64,000 nt of DNA from Bacteroidales bacterium (GCA_045627385.1 JAZQNO010000007.1:28868-92867), one strand, 5' to 3'; positions 1-10,600 are shown, counted from the stretch's first letter. Translations and numbers: made by a program. The notes: generated by a model from the letters alone, not told the origin.

Positions 1-91
1 TAAACCAGTTGGTATCGAGCTTGTAATCAAACTCGTGGACACCGACCGACATACTCTTCAACGGAAGCTTGAACGCATCGTATCTGCTCAT
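1..91 (-). CDS. 5' fragment of a DUF177/YceD-like ORF that runs off the left edge
   Basis: An ATG at 91 (minus) opens MSRYDAFKLPLKSMSVGVHEFDYKLDTNWF with no stop before position 1. The resemblance to Bacteroidales DUF177 N-termini is from memory. Only 30 codons are visible. Confidence 0.3.
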   Translation of the reverse strand, partial: MSRYDAFKLPLKSMSVGVHEFDYKLDTNWF

Positions 92-157
92 ATCTCAGTC
101 CTTTCCGAAAAACCGTGCAAAGGTAGGAATAAATTTCATCAGATGAAACAAATGGAG

Positions 158-193
158 AAAAAAAAGCGGAGCCGGCCTTGCAGGCCGGCTCCG
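158..193 (-). terminator. intrinsic terminator downstream of trpB
   Basis: Perfect 12-bp GC-rich stem 165-176 (GCGGAGCCGGCC) / 182-193 (GGCCGGCTCCGC) with a 5-nt loop. On the minus strand it is followed by 7 U (plus-strand A158-A164). Confidence 0.8.
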
Positions 194-233
194 CCGCTTC
201 CGTAAGAACCTGATTTTTCAAAAATGCACAGAA

Positions 234-1484
234 TCAGAGCACAAATCCCCTCTTGGCCAGGAACTCGTCACCGATGCCGTATTTTTCGATGACATAGTCG
301 AGGTCCTTGTCTCCACGTCCCGACAGGGTGACGATGACCGAATTGGGACGGCCTTCACGGGCGATTTTCAAGGCATAGGCCAGCGCATGGCTGCTCTCGA
401 TAGCCGGAATAATGCCCTCGACGCGAGAAAGCAGGAAGAGTGCCTCAATGGCATCCTCATCGTCGGCAGTGACGTAGTTCACGCGGCCCATGTCGTGCAG
501 CAGCGCATGCTCGGGACCTGCGGCCGGATAATCCAGACCGCTGGCGTTGGAATAGACTGGAGCGGGCGTACCGTCTTCATTGGCCAGCATATAGCTGTTG
601 AATCCGTGCATCACGCCTTCGTGGCCGTAAGTGATGCTGGCCGCATTGTCGCCCAATTTCGGACCGCGGCCCAAGGGCTCTACGCCGTAGAGCTCCACAG
701 GGTCTGCCAGGAAAGGCACAAATGTGCCGATGGAGTTGGAGCCGCCGCCGACACAGGCGATGACCTTGTCGGGCAAATGGCCCGTCATCTCGATGAACTG
801 AGCTCTGGCCTCGTCACCGATGACCTGCTGGAAATCGCGCACCATCAGGGGAAAAGGATGTGGGCCGGCGGCCGTTCCGATGCAGTAGATGGCCGTCTTG
901 TATTCCTTGGAATAGGCTTCGAATGCGGCATCGACAGCTTCTTTCAAAGTCTTGAGGCCCTTGCTGACAGGAATCACCCGGGCACCCAACAATTTCATAC
1001 GGGCCACATTGGGCGCCTGCTTGGCGATGTCGACCTCTCCCATATAGATGTCGCATTCCAGACCGAAGTAGGCGGCTGCCGTAGCCAAAGCCACGCCATG
1101 CTGTCCGGCTCCGGTTTCGGCGATGAGTTTCTTCTTGCCCATATACTTGGCCAGCAGTCCCTCACCCATGCAGTGGTTGAGTTTGTGCGCGCCGGTATGG
1201 TTCAGATCTTCGCGTTTCAGATAGATCTGGGTCTTTCCGAACAGATTGGAAAGTTTCTGGCAATGGTAAAGAGGCGTCGGACGTCCCTGGAACTCCTTGC
1301 GGATGCGGCGGAGTTCGGCGATGAACTGCGCCGACTGGGCTATGGTGTTGTAGCCTTCGGCATATTCCTGGAAGGCCTTGATAAGTTCGGAATTGTCCAA
1401 GTAGTTGCCGCCGTATCTGCCGAAATAGCCGTCTTCGGTGGGATACTCCTTGAGGTAGTTGTCAAAATCTCTGTAATTATTCAT
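234..1484 (-). CDS. trpB: tryptophan synthase beta chain (TrpB1-like PLP enzyme), no adjacent trpA
   Basis: Contains [51 protein letters not shown] and LSGRGDKD. Start trimmed to MNNYRD (ATG 1484) because the ATG at 1547 abuts the attenuator U-run. Confidence 0.9.
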   Translation of the reverse strand: MNNYRDFDNYLKEYPTEDGYFGRYGGNYLDNSELIKAFQEYAEGYNTIAQSAQFIAELRRIRKEFQGRPTPLYHCQKLSNLFGKTQIYLKREDLNHTGAHKLNHCMGEGLLAKYMGKKKLIAETGAGQHGVALATAAAYFGLECDIYMGEVDIAKQAPNVARMKLLGARVIPVSKGLKTLKEAVDAAFEAYSKEYKTAIYCIGTAAGPHPFPLMVRDFQQVIGDEARAQFIEMTGHLPDKVIACVGGGSNSIGTFVPFLADPVELYGVEPLGRGPKLGDNAASITYGHEGVMHGFNSYMLANEDGTPAPVYSNASGLDYPAAGPEHALLHDMGRVNYVTADDEDAIEALFLLSRVEGIIPAIESSHALAYALKIAREGRPNSVIVTLSGRGDKDLDYVIEKYGIGDEFLAKRGFVL

Positions 1485-1547
1485 AGTTCTGTTGAATTGG
1501 CTTGTCGTTTCTTCCGTCACAGATGTCAGGCAGAGTTTCCTTGTCAT

Positions 1548-1578
1548 AAAAAAAGGCCCGCAGCGTTTGCTCCGAACC
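1548..1578 (-). terminator. attenuator terminator (segments 3:4) in the trpB leader
   Basis: Minus-strand RNA reads GGUUCGGAGC-AAAC-GCUGCGGGCC, a 10-bp stem with one G.G mismatch and two G.U pairs. It is followed by UUUUUUU (plus-strand A1548-A1554), immediately upstream of the trpB region. Confidence 0.75.
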
Positions 1579-1599
1579 TTTTATGTGACCGCATCGGCA

Positions 1600-1680
1600 T
1601 TACCGTGTACGAGGTACTGGAGCTGAGAGGAAACCCTGCCAGCGCCACGACCAGAACCGGATGTTGCCGTTTTGTTTCAT
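1600..1680 (-). CDS. trp leader peptide, 26 aa (MKQNGNIRFWSWRWQGFLSAPVPRTR)
   Basis: The ORF runs from ATG at 1680 to TAA at 1602-1600. It has three in-frame UGG codons at positions 10, 12 and 14 (plus-strand CCA at 1651-53, 1645-47, 1639-41). It lies between a -7 box and a terminator hairpin upstream of trpB. It is too short for the supplied ORF track. Confidence 0.8.
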   Translation of the reverse strand: MKQNGNIRFWSWRWQGFLSAPVPRTR

Positions 1681-1701
1681 TGCCGATGATTTTTCGTGCT
1701 G

Positions 1702-1709
1702 CAAATATA
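1702..1709 (-). promoter_or_regulatory. Bacteroidetes -7 promoter box TATATTTG for the trp leader and trpB
   Basis: Plus-strand CAAATATA is TATATTTG on the minus strand, an exact TAnnTTTG match 22 nt upstream of the leader ATG. Confidence 0.6.
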
Positions 1710-1752
1710 GACAAATTTCCTCAAACGGAATTTCACACGCCTGAAAAAATGG

Positions 1753-2574
1753 TCAGTACTGTTCCTTTTCGTTGGGGAAATCCTTGGCCTTCACGTCTTC
1801 GATGTAGTGGCTGGTCGCCTTGATGATGGTTCCCTGCAGATCGGCATAGCGGCGCAGATAACGGGGAGAGAAGTTCTGGGTGATGCCCAGCATGTCGTGC
1901 AGAACCAGCACCTGTCCGTCCGTGTGGGGTCCGGCACCGATGCCGATGGTCGGAATTTCGAGGCTGTCGGTCACTTCCTTCGCCAGATTGGCCGGAATCT
2001 TTTCAAGCACCAGGCTGAAGCAGCCGAGGTCCTGAAGCAGACGGGCATCCTCTTTCAGTTTCTGAGCCTCGGCCTCTTCTCGGGCACGAACGGCGTACGA
2101 ACCGAATTTGTTGATCGACTGGGGAGTGAGACCGAGATGGCCCATGATGGGAATGCCGGCGCAGAGAATGCGCTCGATCGACTCGCGGATTTCGCTGCCG
2201 CCTTCGAGTTTGACCGCATCGGCGTGGGTTTCTTTCATAATGCGGATGGCGCTGGCCAGCGCCTCCTTGGAGTTGCCCTGGTACGAGCCGAAAGGCATGT
2301 CGACCACCACCAGCGCGCGTTCGACGCCACGCACCACCGATTTGCCGTGGTAAATCATCTGATCGAGCGTAATGGGGAGCGTGGTGGCGTTTCCGGCCAT
2401 CGTATTGGAAGCGGAATCACCGACCAGAATCACGTCCATTCCGGCCTGATCGACGAGTTTCGCCATCGAATAGTCATAAGAGGTCAGCATGGCGATCTTT
2501 TCACCACGCTGTTTCATTTCCAACAATCTGCGCGTAGTCACCTTGCGTGCATCTACCTGTACTGCTGCTGACAT
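1753..2574 (-). CDS. panB: 3-methyl-2-oxobutanoate hydroxymethyltransferase
   Basis: 273 aa with LTSYDY, VGDS, DMPFGSY and KLEGG. These are typical PanB motifs across the full length. Confidence 0.9.
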   Translation of the reverse strand: MSAAVQVDARKVTTRRLLEMKQRGEKIAMLTSYDYSMAKLVDQAGMDVILVGDSASNTMAGNATTLPITLDQMIYHGKSVVRGVERALVVVDMPFGSYQGNSKEALASAIRIMKETHADAVKLEGGSEIRESIERILCAGIPIMGHLGLTPQSINKFGSYAVRAREEAEAQKLKEDARLLQDLGCFSLVLEKIPANLAKEVTDSLEIPTIGIGAGPHTDGQVLVLHDMLGITQNFSPRYLRRYADLQGTIIKATSHYIEDVKAKDFPNEKEQY

Positions 2575-2596
2575 TTCTATTTGAATTTTGTTCCTG

Positions 2597-2604
2597 CAAA
2601 ATTA
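2597..2604 (-). promoter_or_regulatory. -7 box TAATTTTG upstream of panB
   Basis: Exact TAnnTTTG match on the minus strand, 23 nt upstream of the ATG at 2574. Confidence 0.5.
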
Positions 2605-2636
2605 GTGGACTGCCCACAAATTGACAAACAAAAAGT

Positions 2637-4004
2637 TCATTTCCATTGGCTCCTCATCCAGTCGAGCCCTCTTTTCTGGCTTTCGGCAAAACGCCAGTGG
2701 CTGGAAGAGGGGGTAATCTCCATTGTTTTGGGAGCTTGAATGCGGTTGAAAGCGGCACAGACCGATGTCGGGGGACAAGTGTTGTCGTTGTATCCGTGGC
2801 AATAGAAGCCGGGCGCCTTGACTCGGGACGCGAAGTTGGCCACGTCGAAATAAGACAAGGTGCGGAGCGCTGTTTCCAAATCGATGGACTCATCTGTCAA
2901 CGCATAGTCATAGGGTCCCTTTCCCGTTCGTGGAAAATTGCGTAGTTCCTGGCCGTTGCGGCAGAGATTGGGCCATCCGCCCGTACCGCCTCTGGCATAA
3001 CCGGAGATATCGCACAAGGCCGGATAGAAAGACGACAGGAAAGTGACCCTGGGATCGAGGGCCGCCGTGACAATGGTCAGCGCCCCACCCTGGCTCCCGC
3101 CGGTGACACCCACATTCTTTCCATCCCATTCTGGCAAGGATACGAGGAAATCGATGCATCTGACACAGGACGCATAGACTTTGCGCAGATAATGTTCCTC
3201 GGGACTTTCCAGTCCGCGCCGTTCATAATCGCCCTTGACAAGCTGATGGGCCTGAAGCACCGAGTCGGGGGCATTCACAGGAATGCCGTTGATGCCTATG
3301 CAGAAAATGATGTAACCCTGTTCGGCGTATTCCGGACTGGCCCCGATGCGTTTCACACCGGCTCCCGGCGGATTGAACAGGACAGGATGCTTCTCGCCGT
3401 CACGGGGACGGAGCAGCCATCCGTAGATATAATGACCCTTTTCGTAGGCCTGCAGTTTCACCAGGAAACATTCCACTTTATCGGACGAATAAGTGTCGTC
3501 GGGAATCATTTCGTAAGTCATCGGCACCTTGGACGCTTTCTTCAGCGTCTTGCTCCAGAATGCATCGAAATCCTTCGGTTCGGCCACCGAAGCTTTGATG
3601 GACTGGGTCTCACAGCCCACTTTCAGATTGTCCCGGAAAGTGGTACCGTCCACGGTGAAGGACACCTGGCACCAGCGGAAACCGGGTTTATCCATACGTC
3701 CGAACGAGGCACGGGCCTCACCGTTGTGGAAGACTGCCTCGCCTTTCCTATCGGCAGGCAGGTTGTCGGGTCCGGCCTCGAACTTCAGCGTGACGCCCTC
3801 CAGGGCGGCACCGCCGGCCGTGGCCACCACCCGTACCACCGGGTCTTCTCCGACTGCCACGACTGCCTTTTCGGGCAGAACGGTATAATCGACATAGGCC
3901 CGGCCGGCCTTCGTAATCTGAGCGTCGGCCGTTGCGGACAAAAACAGGACGGCTGCCAGCAGACAGACGGACTCCAGTATGAACAATCTTTTATTCATAA
4001 TCAA
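2637..4004 (-). CDS. CE7-like acetyl esterase (acetylxylan esterase / cephalosporin-C deacetylase family) with an N-terminal extra domain
   Basis: Has a signal peptide, the nucleophile motif GVTGGSQGG, and an alpha/beta-hydrolase C-terminal half. The start overlaps the upstream stop by 4 nt. Confidence 0.75.
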   Translation of the reverse strand: MIMNKRLFILESVCLLAAVLFLSATADAQITKAGRAYVDYTVLPEKAVVAVGEDPVVRVVATAGGAALEGVTLKFEAGPDNLPADRKGEAVFHNGEARASFGRMDKPGFRWCQVSFTVDGTTFRDNLKVGCETQSIKASVAEPKDFDAFWSKTLKKASKVPMTYEMIPDDTYSSDKVECFLVKLQAYEKGHYIYGWLLRPRDGEKHPVLFNPPGAGVKRIGASPEYAEQGYIIFCIGINGIPVNAPDSVLQAHQLVKGDYERRGLESPEEHYLRKVYASCVRCIDFLVSLPEWDGKNVGVTGGSQGGALTIVTAALDPRVTFLSSFYPALCDISGYARGGTGGWPNLCRNGQELRNFPRTGKGPYDYALTDESIDLETALRTLSYFDVANFASRVKAPGFYCHGYNDNTCPPTSVCAAFNRIQAPKTMEITPSSSHWRFAESQKRGLDWMRSQWK

Positions 4005-4972
4005 TTGGTTTTGAAAAAATGAGTGTAGCCCAACTGCAGGCGGTGCGGTGCCGTGTCGTTCAAGCCATACTGATATTGCAGGAACAGGCGTCCCTTCGCT
4101 TCACTGGCAGATTTTCCCTGCGTCGCACCGAAGGAAGCCGGACAGAAGGAAACCCGGCTGCGCACCACGATGGGCTGGTCGCCGTCGCCGGTCCAGCCGC
4201 AATAGCCGCCGGCGCCGTTCTCCCATTGGATTTTCCAGAAATCCAAACCGCATTTGAGGTAGAAAGAGGGAGCGTCGTTCTGAAAACGGGTATTCATCTG
4301 GTAGCAGAGGAAGCCGACGTTTCCGGTCAGACGCAGCGATTTCAGAACTGAGGTTTCAGACATCCGCCACGATTTGCCGCAGGTCAGATCGAAAAGATAA
4401 CCGGGCGTATCGAAGAAGCGCGCATAGCGGTAATTCTCGGAGGAGGCTGTCTTCAACACAATGCGGAACAGCAGATCGGGCCGATGTTCCGATTCCTGAA
4501 GCAGCGCGATATTGGTGGAGAGATAGAAATCGCCTATGACCGTGTGGCCCGAGCCCGACTCTCGGACAGATGGGTCGAACAGCATGGAAGCCCTTTCACG
4601 GCAAACGGCCGAGGTGATGGTGTAGTACTCGTAGGCTACTCCCCAGCCTTCCACAGAAAGGCGTCCCGGAATGGCCACCCATTCCAGCCTGCAGGAAAGA
4701 CTTGCGGTACGGTCGCCGTCTCCTGCGAAGAAATCGGCGGAAACCTCTGCAGCAGAGCGCTCCTCCACCCTGCCGTCCTTCCATTCGGGAGCAGGCAAGG
4801 CATTCGGGCCGAAATGGGCACTGGTGAGAGTATATACCGATTCCCAGGAAGGTGCCTGATATTCGCCTGCATGAAGTGCGCTCCACCACGAAGGAGGCTG
4901 CACGGCAAACGCCAGAGCAGGCAGCCACGACAAAGCCGCGACAAGGAGTCGGAAGGAAAAGCCCCGTTTCAT
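4001..4972 (-). CDS. hypothetical secreted protein, possibly an outer-membrane beta-barrel
   Basis: Signal peptide MKRGFSFRLLVAALSWLPALAFA. The sequence has an alternating aromatic/polar strand-like pattern and a C-terminal LGYTHFF. It lies inside the PUL operon. I recognise no family. Confidence 0.5.
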   Translation of the reverse strand: MKRGFSFRLLVAALSWLPALAFAVQPPSWWSALHAGEYQAPSWESVYTLTSAHFGPNALPAPEWKDGRVEERSAAEVSADFFAGDGDRTASLSCRLEWVAIPGRLSVEGWGVAYEYYTITSAVCRERASMLFDPSVRESGSGHTVIGDFYLSTNIALLQESEHRPDLLFRIVLKTASSENYRYARFFDTPGYLFDLTCGKSWRMSETSVLKSLRLTGNVGFLCYQMNTRFQNDAPSFYLKCGLDFWKIQWENGAGGYCGWTGDGDQPIVVRSRVSFCPASFGATQGKSASEAKGRLFLQYQYGLNDTAPHRLQLGYTHFFKTN

Positions 4973-4982
4973 CGGAATCCGT

Positions 4983-5906
4983 CTATTCGGTTTTCAATCG
5001 AAGGCCTGAAGGAAGTCCCAGCAGGCGGTACTGCATCAGTTTGGCGATGCGGTACTCCCCTTCCGTGGAAGGATGGAGCCGGTCGGTGGCCGGTTTGTTG
5101 ATATACCGGCTGTGGCTGTCCAGATTGGGCAGCAGGCCGCTTTCGGCATACAGGTCCGCCACGGGCACTGACCAGTAGGCGGCGGCTTTCTTCATCACTT
5201 CGACATAATCTTCCAAGAACAGGCCCCGAGCGTTGCAGTAGAATTCATCCGGCTGTACATTCTTGGCGTTGAACTTGGCATATCCTCGGTGAATGGGCGT
5301 CATCATCACAATCTGGGCATCGGGGAAACGTTCTTTCAGATAGCAGAGCGCCTGATTGAGCCTGCCGCAGAAAGTCGTGTCCGACATGACGGGCGTGCGA
5401 TGGTTGCGGAGCGTCATTCCGACACCTTTGGCCTCGACCTCGATTTCTTCGTACTGGAAAAATTCGCCTATCGGACATCCGCCGTTGTAGTCGTTAGTGC
5501 CGGCAAAGATGAAGATGGCGTCGACCTCTCCTGCATGCTCGGCGTACAGTTTTTGGGCTTGAGCGTAGATCTGATGCCACTGATGGCCGCTGATGCCGTA
5601 ATTGTAGGTAGCGCCGAATCCCATCAGTTGAGACAGGTATTCCCACCAGAGAGTGGCCTCAGGTCCGAGCGTGCGCTTGTCCGTCATCGAATCGCCGAGA
5701 ATGCCGATGCGCTGACCGGCCCATTGGGTCTTGAGGGTCTTTTCCTTTTTGGAAATCACTTGGTTGTGGTGCTCAACGACTGCCTCGCTGTTGGAAGGCG
5801 AGCCCGTCAGGCAATCCAAGCCGTTCCAGTCCTGAGCCTGCGGTTGGGCAGAAACGAGGCCTGCTGTCAACAGACAGCAGGCACACGAAATCAGTATTCT
5901 TTTCAT
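4983..5906 (-). CDS. SGNH/GDSL hydrolase (carbohydrate esterase candidate)
   Basis: Contains GILGDSMTD (block I Ser), GTNDY (block III) and a DRLHP-type block V. Start set at MKRILIS (ATG 5906), which gives a signal peptide and a 5-nt gap after the SusD stop. Confidence 0.75.
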   Translation of the reverse strand: MKRILISCACCLLTAGLVSAQPQAQDWNGLDCLTGSPSNSEAVVEHHNQVISKKEKTLKTQWAGQRIGILGDSMTDKRTLGPEATLWWEYLSQLMGFGATYNYGISGHQWHQIYAQAQKLYAEHAGEVDAIFIFAGTNDYNGGCPIGEFFQYEEIEVEAKGVGMTLRNHRTPVMSDTTFCGRLNQALCYLKERFPDAQIVMMTPIHRGYAKFNAKNVQPDEFYCNARGLFLEDYVEVMKKAAAYWSVPVADLYAESGLLPNLDSHSRYINKPATDRLHPSTEGEYRIAKLMQYRLLGLPSGLRLKTE

Positions 5907-5911
5907 TGACA

Positions 5912-7687
5912 TCAGTTCAGTTTCAGATCCCAAGGAACGAAAATCTGCGATTCGATCAGAGGCTTCATGGCGTCCGCCTTGTCACCGTATTTGACAGAGA
6001 CTCTGGAGGAGACGATGGAAGCGTCATAGGAGCCGTTACCCCAACGAAGGGCACTGCGGATCATCATCGGATAGATCTTGCCTTCTCCGGCGAACTCCAG
6101 CATGGCCTCGTCGAGGAGAGCCATATCGTTGGCCTTCATGTTGGCCATCAGATGCACGTTGTCATTTTCAAGGACATAGGGTCTGTCCTTGAGGCTGAAT
6201 GCTCCGCGGATACCCACGTGCGGATATTTGCGGGTACCCCAGGAAGCCGTACTGGTCCAGTCGTTGGTGAAGCCCTCAAATCCGGGCAGCGGCGTGCCGT
6301 AGCCCTTGTCGTCCTTGACCATGGCACCATCGGCATAGACGAAGTCAGTCGCCTGCAGACCGCCGTTGAGCAGAGCGTCGGCAGCCTCGAAACGGCCCAG
6401 ACCGTTCAAAGCTTCCATCAGGAAGAAATGATATTCGGTGGCGCGGAACAGATAGATGTGCACGTCGTCCTGATAGGCATTCACGCGGCTCGAACTTCCG
6501 TTCGGACGGAACTTGGCCAGGTAAGGCTGGTCCGTGAAGCGGTCTCCGAAGACCACGCTGTTGCGTTTTTCGGAACTCGAACTGTATCCGGGATTGAAGG
6601 TGTTGTTTTCGAAACGTTCGGACAGGACGGTCTTGCAGGGACGCAACAGGTACTGGTTGGGATAATCCTTGCTGAAATGATAGAGCAGACGGTTGGTCTG
6701 GTTGCGCGTATAGTCGTAGATGATGGCGCAGACGACCTCACGGGCATGAGGCTCGACATTGTCCCAAAGTTTGGAATAGTTGCCGGCCGTTGCCGCCGTC
6801 GGCAGATAATAATAGTTCTTGTTCTGGTCGGAAATCACTTCGTTGAGCGCGTCAAGCATCAGGTCGGCACAAAGCTGATACCAGGTCTTGGCATTGGTAT
6901 AGTCGTTCTTTCCCTGAAGCGCTGCCGCTTTCCACAAAGCCAGTTTGGCCATCAGACCTTCATAGGGAGGTGTCATATAGTCCCAATAGCGGTACTGGCT
7001 GCTGGCCAGTTCGGTTTCGGGATCGAGCCATTCGTACCACGAGAAGGTGAGTTTGCCGTTGACGTTGTCAGTAGAAGCGTCTCCATTGTCGAGCAAGCTG
7101 ATGCAGCGGTCCACAATCTGTTCCAGATTCAGGACTTCAAACTTTTCCGTATCCGTCAGATCCTGCATCTGGATGAGCGGGTCGTCGAACCAAACAGCCT
7201 GACCGTAGATTTCAGCCAGAGTCAGATAAGCCCAGACTTTCACGCGGAGCGTCAGACTCTCCAGGGCGTCAAAGCGGTCGTCGTCGGTCAGTTCGGGCTT
7301 TTCCCTGCGGAAAGTGCGCATGTTGTCGAGATAGTCGTTGCACGACACAATCACCTCGTAGTAGCCGGCAGGGTCTGCATAGGAGTTGCCCGACAGATCG
7401 GCATTGTAATTGTAGAGGGCTATCAGTTCCGGCAGAGAATACTCGGTCGGTTCAAGCAGTTCTCCACGGGTTTCGGTCAGAAAGATCGCCTTGTCGCCTA
7501 TAGCCTGCAGTTTGCTGATGATGCCTATGTAACCGGTATACACCTCCGTTTGAGAAGTGATATAGTCGTCGGACGAAAGGACGTCGTTGGTCTGAGGATC
7601 GAAGAAATTGCTGCAGGAAGGCAGCATAAGGGCCATCATGGCCACACTGACGAAACAAAAGATATTCTTTCTCATAACTTTCATCAT
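5912..7687 (-). CDS. SusD/RagB-family nutrient-binding lipoprotein (pair 2)
   Basis: Lipoprotein signal (..LMLPSCS), about 590 aa, TPR-like helical composition, positioned directly after a SusC gene. Confidence 0.85.
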   Translation of the reverse strand: MMKVMRKNIFCFVSVAMMALMLPSCSNFFDPQTNDVLSSDDYITSQTEVYTGYIGIISKLQAIGDKAIFLTETRGELLEPTEYSLPELIALYNYNADLSGNSYADPAGYYEVIVSCNDYLDNMRTFRREKPELTDDDRFDALESLTLRVKVWAYLTLAEIYGQAVWFDDPLIQMQDLTDTEKFEVLNLEQIVDRCISLLDNGDASTDNVNGKLTFSWYEWLDPETELASSQYRYWDYMTPPYEGLMAKLALWKAAALQGKNDYTNAKTWYQLCADLMLDALNEVISDQNKNYYYLPTAATAGNYSKLWDNVEPHAREVVCAIIYDYTRNQTNRLLYHFSKDYPNQYLLRPCKTVLSERFENNTFNPGYSSSSEKRNSVVFGDRFTDQPYLAKFRPNGSSSRVNAYQDDVHIYLFRATEYHFFLMEALNGLGRFEAADALLNGGLQATDFVYADGAMVKDDKGYGTPLPGFEGFTNDWTSTASWGTRKYPHVGIRGAFSLKDRPYVLENDNVHLMANMKANDMALLDEAMLEFAGEGKIYPMMIRSALRWGNGSYDASIVSSRVSVKYGDKADAMKPLIESQIFVPWDLKLN

Positions 7688-10600
7688 TTAGAACTTGAGG
7701 TTGACACCGAATTTGACCGTCTTGGGCAGAGCCACCTTGGCATAGTCGACACCCTGCATCATGGCCGAATAGGAATAGGAGAACTCGGGATCGCTGCCCA
7801 GATAAGAGGTCAGACACCAGAGATTCTGGCCGCTCACGTAAAGACTTCCGCCTTGGAAGAAATCCATGATGACCTTGTCGAAAGTGTAACTCAGGGTGAT
7901 GTCGCGCAACTTCAGATAGGAGGCATCCTCGATCCATCTGGACGAGAAGTCGTTGTTGCCGACAAGATTGTTGTACTGAGCCCGAGGCATGTCGGTAATC
8001 TGACCGTCCATCGTCCAGCGGCGGAGCACGGCCAGACTCTGGTTGGAGAAGTCAGACGAAGATTCGGAGACCCTGCGCACGGCATTGTAGGCTTCGTTTC
8101 CGACCGACCAGATGAAATTGGCATCGATGGCAAAGCCCTTGTACTGGAAGCGGTTGAACAGGCTGCCGTACATGTCGGGAGTGGCCGAACCAAGCACGAC
8201 ACGGTCGGCGTCGTTGATGACGCCGTCGTTGTTCTGATCCACGTATTTCACGTCACCAGCTTCGAAATCGATGCCGTTGCGGTTGCGCATCGGACGCTGT
8301 TCGCCGGTAAGAGGATCGGTGTAGGCGGTGCGGGCTTCCAAGGTGGAGGAATAGACCGGGTACTCGCCGTCGGCCTGCAGACCGTAGAAACTGAAGGGAG
8401 CCTCGTCCACTCTGCTGACGAGCGTGGCGCCGTCGGAAAGAGTCGAAATCAGTTCGGTATCGGAACCCAGCGAAGTGATCACATTGTGGAGCGTGGTGGC
8501 CTTTCCGCCCAAAATCCACTTGAAGTTGCGGCCGTAGACGGGAGCGACCTTCAGCGACACGTCCACACCGTTCGAAACGATGGCGGCATCGTTGCTGTAG
8601 TGGAATCCGGTTCCGTAAAGCGAGGAAGTGGAACCCGCCATCAGGACATCAGACACATTGTCGTTGTACCAGCCGAAAGACAGGCTCGCGCGGTTGGCCA
8701 GGAACGAAGCGTCCAAGCCGACATTGGCTCTGAGGGTTTCCTCCCACTTGATGGACGTGTTCGGCACATTGGTACGGATGATGCCGGCAATGCCCTGATA
8801 GAGTTCGCTGACGTAATAGTATTTGCCATAGTTGCCAGAGAAACGGCTGTTGCCGGTCTTGCCGTAATCGGCGTGGAAAGTGAGTCGGTCAAGCCAGTTC
8901 AGACTGGACAGAGCGTCGAGGTTGTGAAGCATCACATTGGCCGATGCGCTGGGGAACACGCCGAAACGTTGTGCGTCCACACCCGTCGAAGAGGCGCCGT
9001 CGGTGGAAATGTTCACGCCGGCGTTGACCAGGCTGTTCCAAGTGTACGAAGCGCCGGCATAGGCGTTCATCCAGTTCCATTTGCTGGCGTATCCGTTGAA
9101 GAAACGTCCCAAAGTCTGGACATCGCTCAATGTCTGGTAGAAATCGCTCGGGGTATTGCGTCCGACACCCATGTCGGTTTCGAAATTGGTTCTGATGGCC
9201 TGTGTTCCCGCATTGACGACAAGTTCGTCGGCTCCGAAGGAATGTTTCCAAGTGCCGTTCAGACCGTAGAACAGATTGAACTGCTCGCTGACACCCTGAC
9301 GGACTCTGTTGTTGCTTTCGCCGTAGGAATCGAAATAAGGCACGATGTCCTTGTTGTTGATACCGGGCACCATCACGCCTTCCTGGTCGTAGTTGTAATA
9401 CAGGCCGACCATGGCGTTGACGGAGAGGTTACGGGTGGGTTTGTAACGCAGGACGGCCTGCAGGTTGGCGTCGTACTGACGCATGTCGGCGGTCATGTCG
9501 TTGATGACGGCCACCGGGTTGCTCACTGCGAAATCGGAATTGGTATTGTTTCCGAAATAATAGGAAGAGTACGAATCCAGCAGATTGCCGTACATGTCGC
9601 TCTTGTAGGGGCTCAGAACCGGAGCGCGGCGGATGGCCGTGAGCATGGGGTTGGTTTCGTCGAGCATGCCCTGTTCCTGATACGAACCGTCCAAATAGGC
9701 CAGGCCGAAGATGGCACCGATTTCAAAAGACTTGCTCACATTGACATCGGCATTGATCTGGGCATTGAAACGGTCCGACGAAGTGTTCTTGAGCGTTCCC
9801 TCGTCGTGGGTGTATCCGACGGATATGTCGTATTTCGCCACGGCGTCGCCACCTTCCACGCGGACCAGATGGTCTGTCGTCATGGCATTGCGGTAGAGTT
9901 CGTTCTGCCAGTCGGTGTCGAAAGCGTAGAGATAATTGTAGGCATCGCTTTCATCGGGACTCAGGAAGGGAAAATTGTTGAAAAACGTCTCCATGTTGTC
10001 GTAGCAGGTCATGCCGAGATCCGATATGTACGACTTGAACTGGGATGCATTCATCAGAGGAATTCTGTGGTTGTTCCAATGATAGCCGAAACTGCCGTTA
10101 TAGGTAATCTTCGTTTCCATGTCGTCGGAAGCGGCTCCGTCGGTCTCGATAAGCAGAACGCCGTTGGAAGCCAGCGAACCGTACTGCGAAGCCTCCGCTC
10201 CGGTCAACAGCCTGACACTGGCGATATCCTGCACGTTGTATGCCTGGAAAATGCTTTTGGAATAGCCGCCGATGAGTTGCGATTCGTCGGAGGAAGGCAT
10301 GTAAGGAATTCCGTTGATGACGATGAGAGGCATGGAATTGGCGGCAAGCGTACGGATGCCGTGATAGGACATGTAGGCGCCCTCGCCAGGCATGCCGCTC
10401 TTCTGCGAAATCATCAGGCCGTTCAGTTCGCCCTGCAGCGCCTGCTCGACAGAGAGGGCTCCGTAGGCGAAATCCTTTTTGGCCAGGCTCGATTCAAGTC
10501 CGTTTTGCGTATACTTGAACGTATTCTCACCGGCCAGGACGACCTTGATTTCAGAACGGCCGCGGACAGCAAGCGTCTGGATGTAATAGCCGTCGGCCCA

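Noticed and set aside
27-221. A 64-aa minus-strand ORF at the left edge
   Set aside because: It spans the trpB terminator hairpin and the promoter region of the DUF177-like ORF. It has no motif support. The in-frame MSRYDAF... ORF starting at 91 is more plausible.
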